Assembly (NCBI GenBank): GCA_048621635.1
Contig: JBMCWH010000002.1
Location: 2,227-66,226, forward strand
From: Patescibacteria group bacterium
GTDB taxonomy: Bacteria > Patescibacteriota > WWE3 > JAUXAW01 > JAYEID01
Length of the DNA stretch: 64,000 bases
Direction: 5' to 3'
The notes below the pieces were generated by a model, which saw only the letters and a list, made by a program, of their open reading frames with translations, did not search any database and was not told the origin of the DNA. Of the stretch, positions 51,238 through 61,815 are shown piece after piece. A program made the position numbers and the translations under genes. Each line of letters begins with the position of its first letter. Positions within the stretch are counted from its first letter, which is position 1.

Positions 51238-52380
51238 ATGATTAATTCATCCCAAAGTCAACAAAAGACCAAAGCCTTAACCGGAGCGCAAGCTGCTGTG
51301 GAAGCAATGCGCCAGATAGACCCTGGCGTAGTAGCTGCTTATCCAATTACTCCTCAGACCCCAATTATGGAAGATTTTTCCAAACTGGTCGCTAACGGAA
51401 AAGTAAATACAGAATTGATACGTGTTGAATCAGAACATTCTGCTATGTCGTCTGTCATTGGTGCCCAAGCAGCGGGAGTTCGCGCCATGACAGCTAGTTC
51501 TTCTGCGGGGCTAGCTTTGATGTTTGAAATGCTGGGTGTAGCTTCCGGCTTGCGTCTTCCTATTGTGATGCACGTAGCTAACAGAGCTTTATCTAGCCCA
51601 ATAAACATCCACTGTGATCATTCTGATACCATGGGGGTAAGGGAACAAGGGTGGATTCAGCTCTATGCAGAAAATCCGCAAGAAGTATACGATCTAACAT
51701 TTCTTGCCTTAAATTTGGCTGAAGATCTCAAAGTCCAACTTCCAGCTCTTATTGCCCAAGATGGTTTTATTATTAGCCATGCAGTAGAGAAGGTTAATAT
51801 ACTAAATAATAATGTTGCAGAAAAATTAATTGGTAAGTACCATGCTGAAACAAACCTCCTAAATCACAAGAAATCAGAAACTGTAGGCTCACTAGCCTTG
51901 CCCAACTTTCAAATGGAGATAAAGCAGTTGCAAATGGAAGCAACAGAAAATGTTTTAGATATTTATCCTCAAATGGAAGCAAAAGTAGAAAAAGCAACGG
52001 GGAAAAGTTACCCAATGGTGGAAAAATACTCATTAAAGAACGCGAATATTGCATTGGTAGCATTGGGATCTTCTACCGGAACAATTAGGCACACCCTTAA
52101 AGAAAACCCGGAAACTGCCCAATCAGTGGGTTTATTAAAAATTAGACTTTTTCGTCCTTTTCCTTATCAAAAAGTAGGAGAGCTTTTAGAACAAGTGGAA
52201 AAGGTAATTGTTTTAGACCGTACACCCACCTACGGTAGCGGGGCACCCCTATATTTGGATGTTAAAAATTCTTTGTACACTTTTGAAAATAAACCTGAAG
52301 TCGAAAGCGTAATTTACGGAATCGGGGGCAGAGATTTTAGTAGCGAAGATGTGTTAAATATAATAAACGAGATAAAATGA
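51238..52380 (+). CDS. porA: Pyruvate:ferredoxin oxidoreductase alpha subunit
   Basis: YPITPQT, ESEHSAMS and operon context. Confidence 0.85.
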   Translation: MINSSQSQQKTKALTGAQAAVEAMRQIDPGVVAAYPITPQTPIMEDFSKLVANGKVNTELIRVESEHSAMSSVIGAQAAGVRAMTASSSAGLALMFEMLGVASGLRLPIVMHVANRALSSPINIHCDHSDTMGVREQGWIQLYAENPQEVYDLTFLALNLAEDLKVQLPALIAQDGFIISHAVEKVNILNNNVAEKLIGKYHAETNLLNHKKSETVGSLALPNFQMEIKQLQMEATENVLDIYPQMEAKVEKATGKSYPMVEKYSLKNANIALVALGSSTGTIRHTLKENPETAQSVGLLKIRLFRPFPYQKVGELLEQVEKVIVLDRTPTYGSGAPLYLDVKNSLYTFENKPEVESVIYGIGGRDFSSEDVLNIINEIK

Positions 52381-53309
52381 AAATAAAGGAACTAGCTCAA
52401 AAAGAAAGTAAATTAGCTTCGGGGCACTTAACTTGTACCGGTTGCGGAATCCCGCTAATTGTTCGCACCGTGCTGAAAAGTATAGATACACCTGTAATTA
52501 CTGTAGTAGCTACTGGTTGTTTAGAAGTAACCACAACTATTTTCCCGCAAACCGCATGGAAAGTTCCGTTTATCCACTCTGCTTTTGAAAACGCAGCTGC
52601 AACAGCCGCCGGTATTGATGCAGCAATTAATAATCTAGAAAAAACTGATCAATTAGAAGGTGAAAAACCAACAATTGTTGCTTTTGCCGGAGACGGGGGC
52701 ACCTACGATATTGGCTTGCAAAGTCTTTCCGGAGCTTTAGAAAGAGGGCATAATTTTCTCTACATCTGTTATGATAACGAAGCTTATATGAACACCGGTG
52801 TTCAACGTTCGTCAGCCACACCTTTGGGTGCTTGGACTACCACTTCGGAAACTGGTACTAAACAATTAGGTAAGAATATACACAAAAAAAACATTACCCG
52901 TATTGTTGCTGCTCACCAAATCCCCTATGTCGCTCAAGCAACTATTTCTCATTTAGAAGATTTATCGGCTAAAGTTGAAAAAGCACTTAACTACAAAGGT
53001 CCTAAGTTCATAAATGTTTTACAACCCTGTGTACCTGGCTGGAAGATCCAGCCTTCACAAACAATTAATGTTGCTCGCCTAGCTGTGGAAACACGTTTTT
53101 GGCCGCTTTATGAGATTGAGAAAGGTAAGCTAAACCTTAACGTAGAAGTAGATGACCCGAAACCAATTGAAGAATTTTTACAAGTGCAAGGAAGGTTTAA
53201 GCATCTGTTTAAACCCGAAAAACAAGAAAAAGTTATAAGCAAGCTTCAGGAAAACGTTGATAAAGAATGGGAAAGACTGAAGAAAAAGGAAAAGATCGAC
53301 AGTGATTAA
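52377..53309 (+). CDS. porB: Pyruvate:ferredoxin oxidoreductase beta subunit (TPP-binding)
   Basis: CTGCG and GDGG.YDIG...NEAYMNTG, the TPP motif. Confidence 0.85.
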   Translation: MKIKELAQKESKLASGHLTCTGCGIPLIVRTVLKSIDTPVITVVATGCLEVTTTIFPQTAWKVPFIHSAFENAAATAAGIDAAINNLEKTDQLEGEKPTIVAFAGDGGTYDIGLQSLSGALERGHNFLYICYDNEAYMNTGVQRSSATPLGAWTTTSETGTKQLGKNIHKKNITRIVAAHQIPYVAQATISHLEDLSAKVEKALNYKGPKFINVLQPCVPGWKIQPSQTINVARLAVETRFWPLYEIEKGKLNLNVEVDDPKPIEEFLQVQGRFKHLFKPEKQEKVISKLQENVDKEWERLKKKEKIDSD

Positions 53310-53333
53310 GGATTTTTAAAACACAGTTTCTTC

Positions 53334-54998
53334 TTAATCTGATAACAACCGTCTGAGCTGATTGTCAGAAAACTGCTCAACATTTCTGAAAATAATGACT
53401 TTGGGATGATCATAAACTTGAAAAGTTTCCTCAACTGTGGAGGTTTTGATTGTTACACCAAAAATCTGTGGGTAAGAAGCGAATTCAGCCACTTTTTCAT
53501 ATCCTAACTCACCAGAAAACAGTAAATAATAATATCTAGAAGTAAGTGGGTATTTTTCTGGTAATTGCGTTAATGTACCGTAAAGTCTTCGACTACTTAA
53601 AACAAGATAATCGGCTGTGGACAATTTTTCAGCAAGGTAAGATAATTTATCTACGCTATCTTGGGCATACATCTCTAAATCTTCCACCCTATAAACTCTC
53701 GCATTCCGGCCTTTTAAATTTACAGGTAAGCTATCATCCCAATGTTCAGTAAGTATTTTTGCCTGGGGAAATATGTTCTCGTACATCCACCTAGAAGCTA
53801 TTATTCTTGTATTTTCTTGACTGTAAATTGAGACAAACGCGGAAGCATAAAGAAAAGTCGTTGCGACGATAATACATATTAGCGTTCTCCCCCAAAATTT
53901 AAATCTTTTTACCACCCACCAAGACACCCAAGCAGCAAAGATGCAAAAGAAGGGCAGCAGCGGAACTGTGTACCGGACAAATTTGGCAAACCAAGATCCA
54001 ATAATTAAGAAATAAGCAACTGGCCAAGATATTAAAAGTAGACGCTTTCTCTTAATAGTTTTGCAGGAAAATATGCTAACAGCTGATTGGAGACTCAACA
54101 CAAAAAATCCCAGTAAAGAAGAAAAAGCTAAAAATGGACCCATGGTCCAGAAAAGATTCTTAATTTGGTATATATATGGATACGTGTTGTAAAACTGGTA
54201 TACATAACAAACTTTTCTCTGACCAGAAACAACGCTTCCTTCGTACCCTATTGATTTTCTAAAAGAACTAAAATCAAGAAAAGTGTAAGGCGAAGAAAGA
54301 AAGAAGAAAAACACAAGCACGCCAAAAAAAGAGAACAAATACTTAGCTTGTTTCCATAAATTTTCTTCACTTGCAAAAAGATGGGCTACGACTGGAAAAA
54401 TCAAAAAACTCAAAGCAGAAAACTTGGTACCTGCTGCTAAACCTAGTACTGCTCCGGCAGCTAAATAATTAGCTAAAGTGGGCTTCTGCAGAATTTTCAA
54501 ACTGAACAAAGCTATTATTAGTCCCCAAAAGCATAACATGCTTTCAGTTACTCCAAAGTGACCAGTCTGAATTAGTAAGGGGACAAAAGCTGTAAAGCAG
54601 GCAGCAAGTACACCAACTTTATTATTGAAAACCCATTTAGCGACCATAAAGACGAGGAGAATTGCTAGTGAAGAGAAGGTGGCGGAAAAGGTTCTCCCAA
54701 TTAGATTAATTTTTCCCCAAGAGGATACCCAAGACGAGTTAGCTGTTATTGTTTTAACAACTTCTCCAGCAATACGGTATAAATAAATAGGAAAGCCCCC
54801 ATAGGCAAAAAAATGAGGATTAAGTTGTCCAAAGAAGTTAATTTCGGAAACAGCTTTGGAAATATTTCGCTCGTCAGGATGAAAAAAATTTCCTTGATCC
54901 CAATTCAGGTTATAGAAACGGAAAAATAGACCAATGACAAAAACAAACAAAAGAAGAACTTTGCGAATAACTTTTCCCTGCTCCGGATTTAACTTCAT
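53334..54998 (-). CDS. GT-C fold membrane glycosyltransferase (ArnT/PMT-like)
   Basis: Polytopic protein with FHPDERN in its first loop. ATG 54998 forms an ATGA overlap with the upstream stop. The track start is 55064. Confidence 0.6.
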   Translation of the reverse strand: MKLNPEQGKVIRKVLLLFVFVIGLFFRFYNLNWDQGNFFHPDERNISKAVSEINFFGQLNPHFFAYGGFPIYLYRIAGEVVKTITANSSWVSSWGKINLIGRTFSATFSSLAILLVFMVAKWVFNNKVGVLAACFTAFVPLLIQTGHFGVTESMLCFWGLIIALFSLKILQKPTLANYLAAGAVLGLAAGTKFSALSFLIFPVVAHLFASEENLWKQAKYLFSFFGVLVFFFFLSSPYTFLDFSSFRKSIGYEGSVVSGQRKVCYVYQFYNTYPYIYQIKNLFWTMGPFLAFSSLLGFFVLSLQSAVSIFSCKTIKRKRLLLISWPVAYFLIIGSWFAKFVRYTVPLLPFFCIFAAWVSWWVVKRFKFWGRTLICIIVATTFLYASAFVSIYSQENTRIIASRWMYENIFPQAKILTEHWDDSLPVNLKGRNARVYRVEDLEMYAQDSVDKLSYLAEKLSTADYLVLSSRRLYGTLTQLPEKYPLTSRYYYLLFSGELGYEKVAEFASYPQIFGVTIKTSTVEETFQVYDHPKVIIFRNVEQFSDNQLRRLLSD

Positions 54999-56338
54999 TT
55001 CTGCAAAATTTGTTCTGCAAGAGTTGATCCCCATTGAACGGCGTAGTTCATCCCCCGATCCCAAGGATAGACGGTCTGCATATTAACTAAATACACATTT
55101 GGCAATGGTGTTTTTACTTGTGGGATTTTATTCAGAAATTTGGTAGTTACGATGGGTTGAGCTCGCAAAGAAGTTGTAAGGTGATAATCTTCCGTTGATT
55201 GAGGAGACTTAAAGTTAGGATTAATTTTTCTTAAATACGGGCTGAAATGCGCAAGTACTTGTTTTTTCTCCATTCTAAAGTATTTGTGTTCCGGAGGATA
55301 GTACCCACCAACATAAAGTAGATTTTTTTGGCCATACTTTTCCGAACTAACAAAATTTGTGTGTTCCACTAAAGCGACAAAAGGAAAGTCACTTTCATTA
55401 ATATTCAACCAGTAGGTCCCGTCAGTAAGAAAGGATTTATTCAATTCAAGAATTAAACACAAAGCACCCATCATCTTGGGTTTTTTCAATTTATTTTTGT
55501 ATTTTCTTGGCAAATTATGCGCAATCTCAGCCAATTGATCCGCTGAACCAGTAAAAACAACGGCATCAAAACGATCACGCAAATATTCCCAATCTTTTAT
55601 TTTCTTACCTAATTTAACAGTGCCACCTTGTTTCTCTATCTTGCTAGCAAGTGCATCAATTAACACCTGAAACCCGCCTTTTAAATAACCTAAGGAGGAA
55701 CTTCTCTTCTTAATCCGTGCCCAAATCCAGCTAGCAGAGACTTGTTTGTAATATTGTCCAAACTTTCCCCTAAGCAAAGGCTTCCATAAAAGTTCATAGA
55801 CTTTTCTACCGTACAAAGCGCGCAAAAAATTCTCAGCAGTCTTGTTTGTAAGCTTAGCAATTCTTTCTCTGTCTGTTTGCAAAGGCAAAGTTTTTTTATT
55901 GAATTGTCTCAAAAGATAATAGTCATCTTTTTTTTGATTAAATAACGGCGATTTTAAGTAAGCTGTTGCTAAGCCCACTCTAATTCGTTCTAAAATCGAA
56001 AGTGGTGTAAACTGTAAAACAGAAGAAGGAGAATCAAAGCGAAAAATTTTTTTCTTACTTTCATCTGTTTCCAAGTACAAAGCTGTTTTGGGCTGGGTAA
56101 AAAAAAGTTTGTCACCAAGACCTAACTCAGTAATAAGATCAATGATCGCTTTATCGGAGGTGAAGATATGGTGAAAAAATACTTCTAATCCCCACTCCCA
56201 ATTTTGTTTCTTTAATCCTCGAGCTAAACCTCCCAGATAATTTTCTTTTTCAAAGATAACAACCTTACACCCTTCTTTACTAAGTCGGTAAGCAGTTGTA
56301 AGTCCAGTCATTCCTGCTCCAACAATAGCAATTTTCAT
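54995..56338 (-). CDS. FAD/NAD(P)-binding oxidoreductase (amine oxidase/phytoene desaturase-like fold)
   Basis: N-terminal MKIAIVGAGMTGLTTAY...VVIFEK...GG dinucleotide-binding motif. Confidence 0.7.
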   Translation of the reverse strand: MKIAIVGAGMTGLTTAYRLSKEGCKVVIFEKENYLGGLARGLKKQNWEWGLEVFFHHIFTSDKAIIDLITELGLGDKLFFTQPKTALYLETDESKKKIFRFDSPSSVLQFTPLSILERIRVGLATAYLKSPLFNQKKDDYYLLRQFNKKTLPLQTDRERIAKLTNKTAENFLRALYGRKVYELLWKPLLRGKFGQYYKQVSASWIWARIKKRSSSLGYLKGGFQVLIDALASKIEKQGGTVKLGKKIKDWEYLRDRFDAVVFTGSADQLAEIAHNLPRKYKNKLKKPKMMGALCLILELNKSFLTDGTYWLNINESDFPFVALVEHTNFVSSEKYGQKNLLYVGGYYPPEHKYFRMEKKQVLAHFSPYLRKINPNFKSPQSTEDYHLTTSLRAQPIVTTKFLNKIPQVKTPLPNVYLVNMQTVYPWDRGMNYAVQWGSTLAEQILQK

Positions 56339-56434
56339 AAGTAAATTTTAACATGCCACGAAATTATAAGCTTAGCGGACTATTTAAATTCCTAAACACT
56401 AGATTATTCAGTGTTATAATGAACTAACTACTGT

Positions 56435-58465
56435 ATGACCTTTCTAATTCAAACATTAACATGGTGGGGGAGCTTATTTTTATTGGGATTAATCTTCCTC
56501 CCGACTACGTTTTATTTTTTTAGAGACAACTTCGACTCCGGTTATGCTTTTTCCAAGATAATTGGAATAGCCTCTTTATCCTTTCTTACCTGGTTAGCGG
56601 GCAGTTTGTATCTTCTCCCTTTCGGAAGAGGCACAATTTTCTTATTACTTAGCTTTTTTGCGGCGCTAAACATAGTCCTTCTCCAAAAGATAAACATTTC
56701 CCAGGTAAGAAAAAAGATCCATTTGCTTATCATTGAAGAAATAATTTTCCTCCTTGCATTTATCAGTTGGGCATTAATTAGAAGCTACCAACCCAAAATT
56801 TATGGCCTAGAAAAATTTATGGATTTTGGCTTTCTAAATGCTATTTTGCGCACTAAGTTCTTCCCCTCTAAAGATATGTGGCTTGCTGGAGAAACAATAA
56901 ATTACTACTATTTCGGACATTTAATTTGTGCAGTACTTAGTAAGTTAACAAATTTTAAATCTGCAATAAGCTATAATTTAATGATTGCCACTATCTTTGC
57001 TCTCTCTTTTTTGGAATCTTTTTCCTTTACCGGTAATTTAATCCACTTCTTTTGTTCCGCACAAAACAGGAAAAAACTAAGCATTTACTTTGCCGGATTA
57101 TTAAGTGCGTTATGCTTGACTTTGGGAGGAAATTTACAAATTTTTTGGTACGGGCTTAAAAATAAAACACTAAAAAACTATTGGTACCCAACTGCTACCA
57201 GGTTTATAGTGCAGAAATTCGGAGCAGCGGATAATACTATTCATGAATTTCCTAACTACTCCTTTGTGGTTGCGGATTTACACGGGCATCTATCTAACAT
57301 CCCTCTTGTTTTACTTTTTCTAATGATTAGCCTTAAGAGTTTTCAAACTTTCTCTCAAAGCGGAACCGAAAAAGTAACTCAAAAAATATTTGCCTCCTTA
57401 ATTTTAGGAATCATGTTGATAACTAACCCTTGGGATTTTCCAATCTATGGTTTGTTTTTAGGCTTAATGCTACTGATGAAAAAAAGCGAAAGAATAAAGT
57501 TACACAATCTAGCAAAAACAGTTCTCGAGGGCTTACCTTATCTTTTTGGAGCATTTCTATTTACCCTTCCTTTTTATTTACATTTTGATCAAATTGCAAA
57601 AGGAATAAAGCTTGTGGACAAACGCTCTCCTTTATGGCAGTTACTTTTTCTTTGGGGTTTTCCATTATTAAATTTTACTATCTTCTGTGTGTCAATAGTA
57701 GTAACAAAAATTAGAAAACGCTTAAAATTAAATAGAGGAGATCTGTTTGTTCTTCTAATGAATTCCTTAGCAATTTTTCTCATAATTATTCCGGAAGTGG
57801 TTTATATAAAAGATATTTACGTCGAATCTCACCAGCGAGCTAACACCATGTTTAAATTTACCTACCAAGCATTTATTCTTTTTTCCCTTACAACTGGCTA
57901 CATCGTCACTACAAAAATTTTTAATAAATTAAACAAAATAGCGGTAAAAGCTGTTCTCCCATTCTGGCTCTTTTTCTTTTTTTTCATTGCAATTTACCCA
58001 TACAAGGCGGTAAATTCCTACTACAATTTTCAGGATGATATTTCCTTAGACGGCACCGAATGGATGAGAACAAAGCATTTCGGGGACTATCAAGTAATTC
58101 AGTGGTTAAACACAAATCAAAAACAGAAGGCAACAATTTTAGAAGCTGTTGGCGATTCTTATTCCTATTACGGGAGAATATCTGCCTATACAGGATTACC
58201 TACTGTTTTAGGGTGGCCCGTACACGAGTGGCTTTGGCGTGGCAGTTACGAAGCACCGGGAGAAAGATCTGCCGAAGTCGCAACCATCTACCAAACACAA
58301 AGCCCAGCCACAGCTAAACGTCTATTGGGAAATTATGGTGTTGACTATGTAATTGTTGGACAACTGGAAAGAGAAAAATACAAAAATGTACAGGAAGGAA
58401 AATTTGCTATTTTAGGGAGGAAAATATTTAGTGCAGACGGAACAACTATTTACAAGCTCGAATAA
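56435..58465 (+). CDS. DUF2298 (YYY-domain) membrane protein, putative glycosyltransferase
   Basis: Has more than 12 TM segments and the hallmark INYYYFGH motif. Confidence 0.7.
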   Translation: MTFLIQTLTWWGSLFLLGLIFLPTTFYFFRDNFDSGYAFSKIIGIASLSFLTWLAGSLYLLPFGRGTIFLLLSFFAALNIVLLQKINISQVRKKIHLLIIEEIIFLLAFISWALIRSYQPKIYGLEKFMDFGFLNAILRTKFFPSKDMWLAGETINYYYFGHLICAVLSKLTNFKSAISYNLMIATIFALSFLESFSFTGNLIHFFCSAQNRKKLSIYFAGLLSALCLTLGGNLQIFWYGLKNKTLKNYWYPTATRFIVQKFGAADNTIHEFPNYSFVVADLHGHLSNIPLVLLFLMISLKSFQTFSQSGTEKVTQKIFASLILGIMLITNPWDFPIYGLFLGLMLLMKKSERIKLHNLAKTVLEGLPYLFGAFLFTLPFYLHFDQIAKGIKLVDKRSPLWQLLFLWGFPLLNFTIFCVSIVVTKIRKRLKLNRGDLFVLLMNSLAIFLIIIPEVVYIKDIYVESHQRANTMFKFTYQAFILFSLTTGYIVTTKIFNKLNKIAVKAVLPFWLFFFFFIAIYPYKAVNSYYNFQDDISLDGTEWMRTKHFGDYQVIQWLNTNQKQKATILEAVGDSYSYYGRISAYTGLPTVLGWPVHEWLWRGSYEAPGERSAEVATIYQTQSPATAKRLLGNYGVDYVIVGQLEREKYKNVQEGKFAILGRKIFSADGTTIYKLE

Positions 58466-58473
58466 GTTGCAAA

Positions 58474-59088
58474 TTAAAAACGGCGAATTACTCCCACTAC
58501 CTTACCTTGTATCTGCACATTCGTTGCGTAGATGGGATCCATGGAAGAGTTTGCGGGTTCCAAACGAATACGGTCTTCTTCTTTAAAAAATTGCTTCAAA
58601 GTTGCAAAACCATTTTCCAGTAAAGCAACCACAATGTCTCCGTTTTCTGCCGTATCCTGCTGCTCAACTACCACGTAATCGCGGTCTAAAATACCTTCTT
58701 CAATCATTGAATCTCCTTTTACTTGTAGAACAAAAGATCGCTTCTTACCTGTGACCAGGCTAGGGGATATGGTTATAGTTTCTGTAGGATCTTCAATTGC
58801 CTCAATAGGTTCACCAGCAGCAATCATTCCTACAAGAGGAACTTCAATTCCTTCTAATGATTCTTCTATCCCACCTCCAATAACCTCAATTCCCCGCACT
58901 GCTCCTTTATACCGTTTTATTACGCTTTTATCTTCTAAAGTTTCAAGGTGTTCATGCACAGTGGCTAGTGAGGATAGATCCATAGCATCCGCAATTTCCT
59001 GCAAAGTAGGTGAGGTTCCGTGTTTTTGGATATATTGGGAAATGAAGTCCAAGATTTCCTTTTGTCTTTTGTAAAGGGTAACGGGCAT
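58474..59088 (-). CDS. lexA: LexA repressor
   Basis: N-terminal wHTH LTKRQKEILDFI-like segment (LYKRQKEILDFISQYIQKHGTSPTLQEIA), a hinge GMIAAGEPI matching the usual LexA cleavage-site context, and S24 peptidase KGDSM with a downstream Lys. Confidence 0.9.
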   Translation of the reverse strand: MPVTLYKRQKEILDFISQYIQKHGTSPTLQEIADAMDLSSLATVHEHLETLEDKSVIKRYKGAVRGIEVIGGGIEESLEGIEVPLVGMIAAGEPIEAIEDPTETITISPSLVTGKKRSFVLQVKGDSMIEEGILDRDYVVVEQQDTAENGDIVVALLENGFATLKQFFKEEDRIRLEPANSSMDPIYATNVQIQGKVVGVIRRF

Positions 59089-59094
59089 AATTCA

Positions 59095-59123
59095 ACCCTA
59101 CCCAAACTTTACCCGAATGTCAA
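59095..59123 (-). promoter_or_regulatory. lexA promoter candidate (TTGACA-17 nt-TAGGGT), -10 box 6 nt from the ATG
   Basis: -35 at 59123..59118 and -10 at 59100..59095. Confidence 0.4.
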
Positions 59124-59180
59124 GGATCGGTTTACGGTTAACGCACAGAAGTTTATTTTTTCTAATTAAGACACTAAAAA

Positions 59181-61088
59181 TTATGAAGAGCGCAAATCTT
59201 TGACACCAAGGAAAAACCAGCGCACTCCCGCAAGTAGCAAACCTAAACCAAGCGGGAAGAGAAAATAAGGAGTTGTCAAAAAGTACCAAAAGGGTTGCAA
59301 CGTAATATCCTTCTTTAGTACTTTACCTGTTACTTCTTTCGAGTAATTTTCGAAACCAATTCCTACCTCAACTTGACCTGCCGATTCTTTATACCAAGGA
59401 GCAACAATCTTAAAATCTATTTTTTTCTCCGACCAGGGCGGTATAGTGCCTAATGTAAATTCCCTATTATCTGTTACCTTAATATCCTTTCCAACTAAAC
59501 GTACTGTAGTCGAAAAACTACTCTGCGGACCAGGGTTTCTAATAATTACCTCTCCAGATAAAGGCCAACCTGCCAAATGTTTACTCGGTAAGTCAATAGA
59601 AACATCCAGATTAGGAAATTCTTCTACCTGGGTGTTTTCCTCTGAAAGGAAATTCACGTTGATAGTGTCATTTTGATCGGGAGAAAATTTGTACGTTCCT
59701 GCAGGATTAGGTGTTTCCGAGCTAAGACCTTTGTAGGCAAAAACTATATGAGAAAAATCAAAGGCAGAGAAGTACTCCGCACCTCCTGTGGTTGAGCCCC
59801 AAGTAGGGTCGACTGCCCACCAGCCAACATCGGGGATATAAACCTCAACCCATGAATGTAAAACATCACTTTGCTCTGTTCCTAGACGTCTATCCTCGAA
59901 ATAAGCATACCCCTCTACTAACCTTGCCGGAATTCCAGCTGCTCTACAAAGTGTCACTAACAAATCTGCGTATTCAGAACACAAAGCAGTATTTTCTTGT
60001 TCCAAAGCAGCCGTAGCTCCCAAGCGTTCGTAGGGTTGGCCAACTTTTTCCTCAGCATAACTTAAATGAGAAACAACAAAGTTGTATAAGGCGTAGGCAT
60101 TCTCTGTAACTGAGTTTTGTCTACTAGTCACTCGGCGAACAATTTCTTGAATTCTACTATTTTCCGTTTCCCAAAACTCCTTTGCTTGTGTATATTGTCT
60201 TGTAATTTCTTGGGGTATAGAATTGAGATCAGCCCCATTAAAAATTTCTTTTTTCTTATAAGTAACAAATGCTTTGCCCTTAAAATTAACCTTTAACTGT
60301 TCTTCTTCAGCTAGAAAATATTTAGCTAAATAGTTACCATCTTGATCAACGCGTACCTCTTCAGGATGAGGATCAATCGATTCGTAAAAAATTTTTTGTC
60401 TTTCCGGAACATCGGGAACCAAAGCAATTTCTGTATATGCCCGTTGAGTAGTGTCATTCTTTAAATAATAAGTTAAATCTAAAGAATACTCTTGATGATC
60501 ACCAAAACCTGCTCTAACACCTTGATCTTGGATATCTTTATAAAGGAAAATCAAAGTTTGGTAATCGGATCCTTTTTCTTTCTTGGAAGGAGAAGGGGAA
60601 ACATAAGCAACTTTTCCATAGCTTTCTGAGACGCGTAAATTTATTTGGTAATCTTTTATACCTGTTTGTTGACGGACACCAGGCAGCAACACTTCTAAAA
60701 CACTTCCGTGGAGAGTCGCTACATCAGTCTCAAAACCAAGCTCCCAGTTTAAGGTATTACCTTTACCAGCAACAGGTCGGTCAAAAGATGTCTCAATCAC
60801 CTTGGATTCTTTCTTTTCCACCAAATTTACACTTAAAGAGCCACGGGAATCCCTTGCCCACAAATTTTCTACTGCAATATTACCAACATTTAAGGAATGT
60901 TCCGAAGCATAGTACTCATCTGTTAAGTTGGTTAAAGAAATCTTCTGAACAACTTCGCAAGAACCGTCTTTCTTTATTGTATAAGTAACATTGTAAGAAG
61001 TTTCAAAATCACCTTTAGCATTAGAAAGGCGGGGAAAAAGAATCCAGGGCAAGAAAGACACCAGCAGTGCAATTTTTAATTTACCCAT
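59181..61088 (-). CDS. Secreted transglutaminase-like (Cys-His-Asp) protein with C-terminal TM anchor
   Basis: Signal peptide, CSEYADLLVTLCRAAGIPARLVEGY, HSWVEVY..VGWWAVDPT and a C-terminal hydrophobic segment. Confidence 0.8.
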   Translation of the reverse strand: MGKLKIALLVSFLPWILFPRLSNAKGDFETSYNVTYTIKKDGSCEVVQKISLTNLTDEYYASEHSLNVGNIAVENLWARDSRGSLSVNLVEKKESKVIETSFDRPVAGKGNTLNWELGFETDVATLHGSVLEVLLPGVRQQTGIKDYQINLRVSESYGKVAYVSPSPSKKEKGSDYQTLIFLYKDIQDQGVRAGFGDHQEYSLDLTYYLKNDTTQRAYTEIALVPDVPERQKIFYESIDPHPEEVRVDQDGNYLAKYFLAEEEQLKVNFKGKAFVTYKKKEIFNGADLNSIPQEITRQYTQAKEFWETENSRIQEIVRRVTSRQNSVTENAYALYNFVVSHLSYAEEKVGQPYERLGATAALEQENTALCSEYADLLVTLCRAAGIPARLVEGYAYFEDRRLGTEQSDVLHSWVEVYIPDVGWWAVDPTWGSTTGGAEYFSAFDFSHIVFAYKGLSSETPNPAGTYKFSPDQNDTINVNFLSEENTQVEEFPNLDVSIDLPSKHLAGWPLSGEVIIRNPGPQSSFSTTVRLVGKDIKVTDNREFTLGTIPPWSEKKIDFKIVAPWYKESAGQVEVGIGFENYSKEVTGKVLKKDITLQPFWYFLTTPYFLFPLGLGLLLAGVRWFFLGVKDLRSS

Positions 61089-61177
61089 CGTAGATTAATA
61101 TTAGCAAGTTTCCGTAAATTGAAAAACAGCTAAAAAGAAATTTACTTTCTGCTTAATTTGCACCAATACCCCTTTTC

Positions 61178-61594
61178 ATGGTAAATTTTAGAAGGATGAA
61201 AATACTATTTCGACACCTTCTGATCACAGGAGCGGTATTTTGGGCACTTAGTACCTATACGCCCTTAGTCACCGCTGAAGATACACAAAGTCTACTTATT
61301 TTCGTGGTCGTCCTAACTTTATTGAACGTAATTGTTAAGCCGGTATTGAAACTGGTTACTTTACCATTAACAATTGTAACCCTAGGTTTGTTCAGAGGTC
61401 TATTAAATTTGGCAATATTATACTTTACAATCTGGGCTATTCCTGGTGTTTATCTTAACGAGTTTTATTTCCCGGGTTGGCAGCAAGGAGGTTTTTCACT
61501 CCCTGCTTGTCACGTTCCGCGCATAGGAACTTTTTTGCTTGTTTCCTTTTCTCTATCTCTTGCTTTTGATTTATTAGGAAAATTACTTGACTAA
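61178..61594 (+). CDS. Phage_holin_4_2/DUF360-like small membrane protein
   Basis: VKPVLKLVTLPLTIVTLGLFRGLLNLAIL pattern. The start may be ATG 61196. Confidence 0.5.
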   Translation: MVNFRRMKILFRHLLITGAVFWALSTYTPLVTAEDTQSLLIFVVVLTLLNVIVKPVLKLVTLPLTIVTLGLFRGLLNLAILYFTIWAIPGVYLNEFYFPGWQQGGFSLPACHVPRIGTFLLVSFSLSLAFDLLGKLLD

Positions 61595-61806
61595 TGAACA
61601 CTGTATTACAGACCTTACACATAATTACTACTTTACTATTAATTGGTTTAATCTTAATCCAATCAAAAAGTCTTGGGCTCTCTCCTGCTTTTGGTGGAGA
61701 TAGGGAATACCACACCAAAAGAGGGGTTGAAAAATCTGTTTTTATTATGACCATAGTGTTTAGTGTTATTTTTCTTCTTCTCTCACTCGTAGCAATAATA
61801 ATCTAA
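61594..61806 (+). CDS. secG: Preprotein translocase subunit SecG
   Basis: 70 aa with two TM segments and LILIQSKSLGLSPAFGG. Confidence 0.7.
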   Translation: MNTVLQTLHIITTLLLIGLILIQSKSLGLSPAFGGDREYHTKRGVEKSVFIMTIVFSVIFLLLSLVAIII

Positions 61807-61815
61807 CTAGTAACA

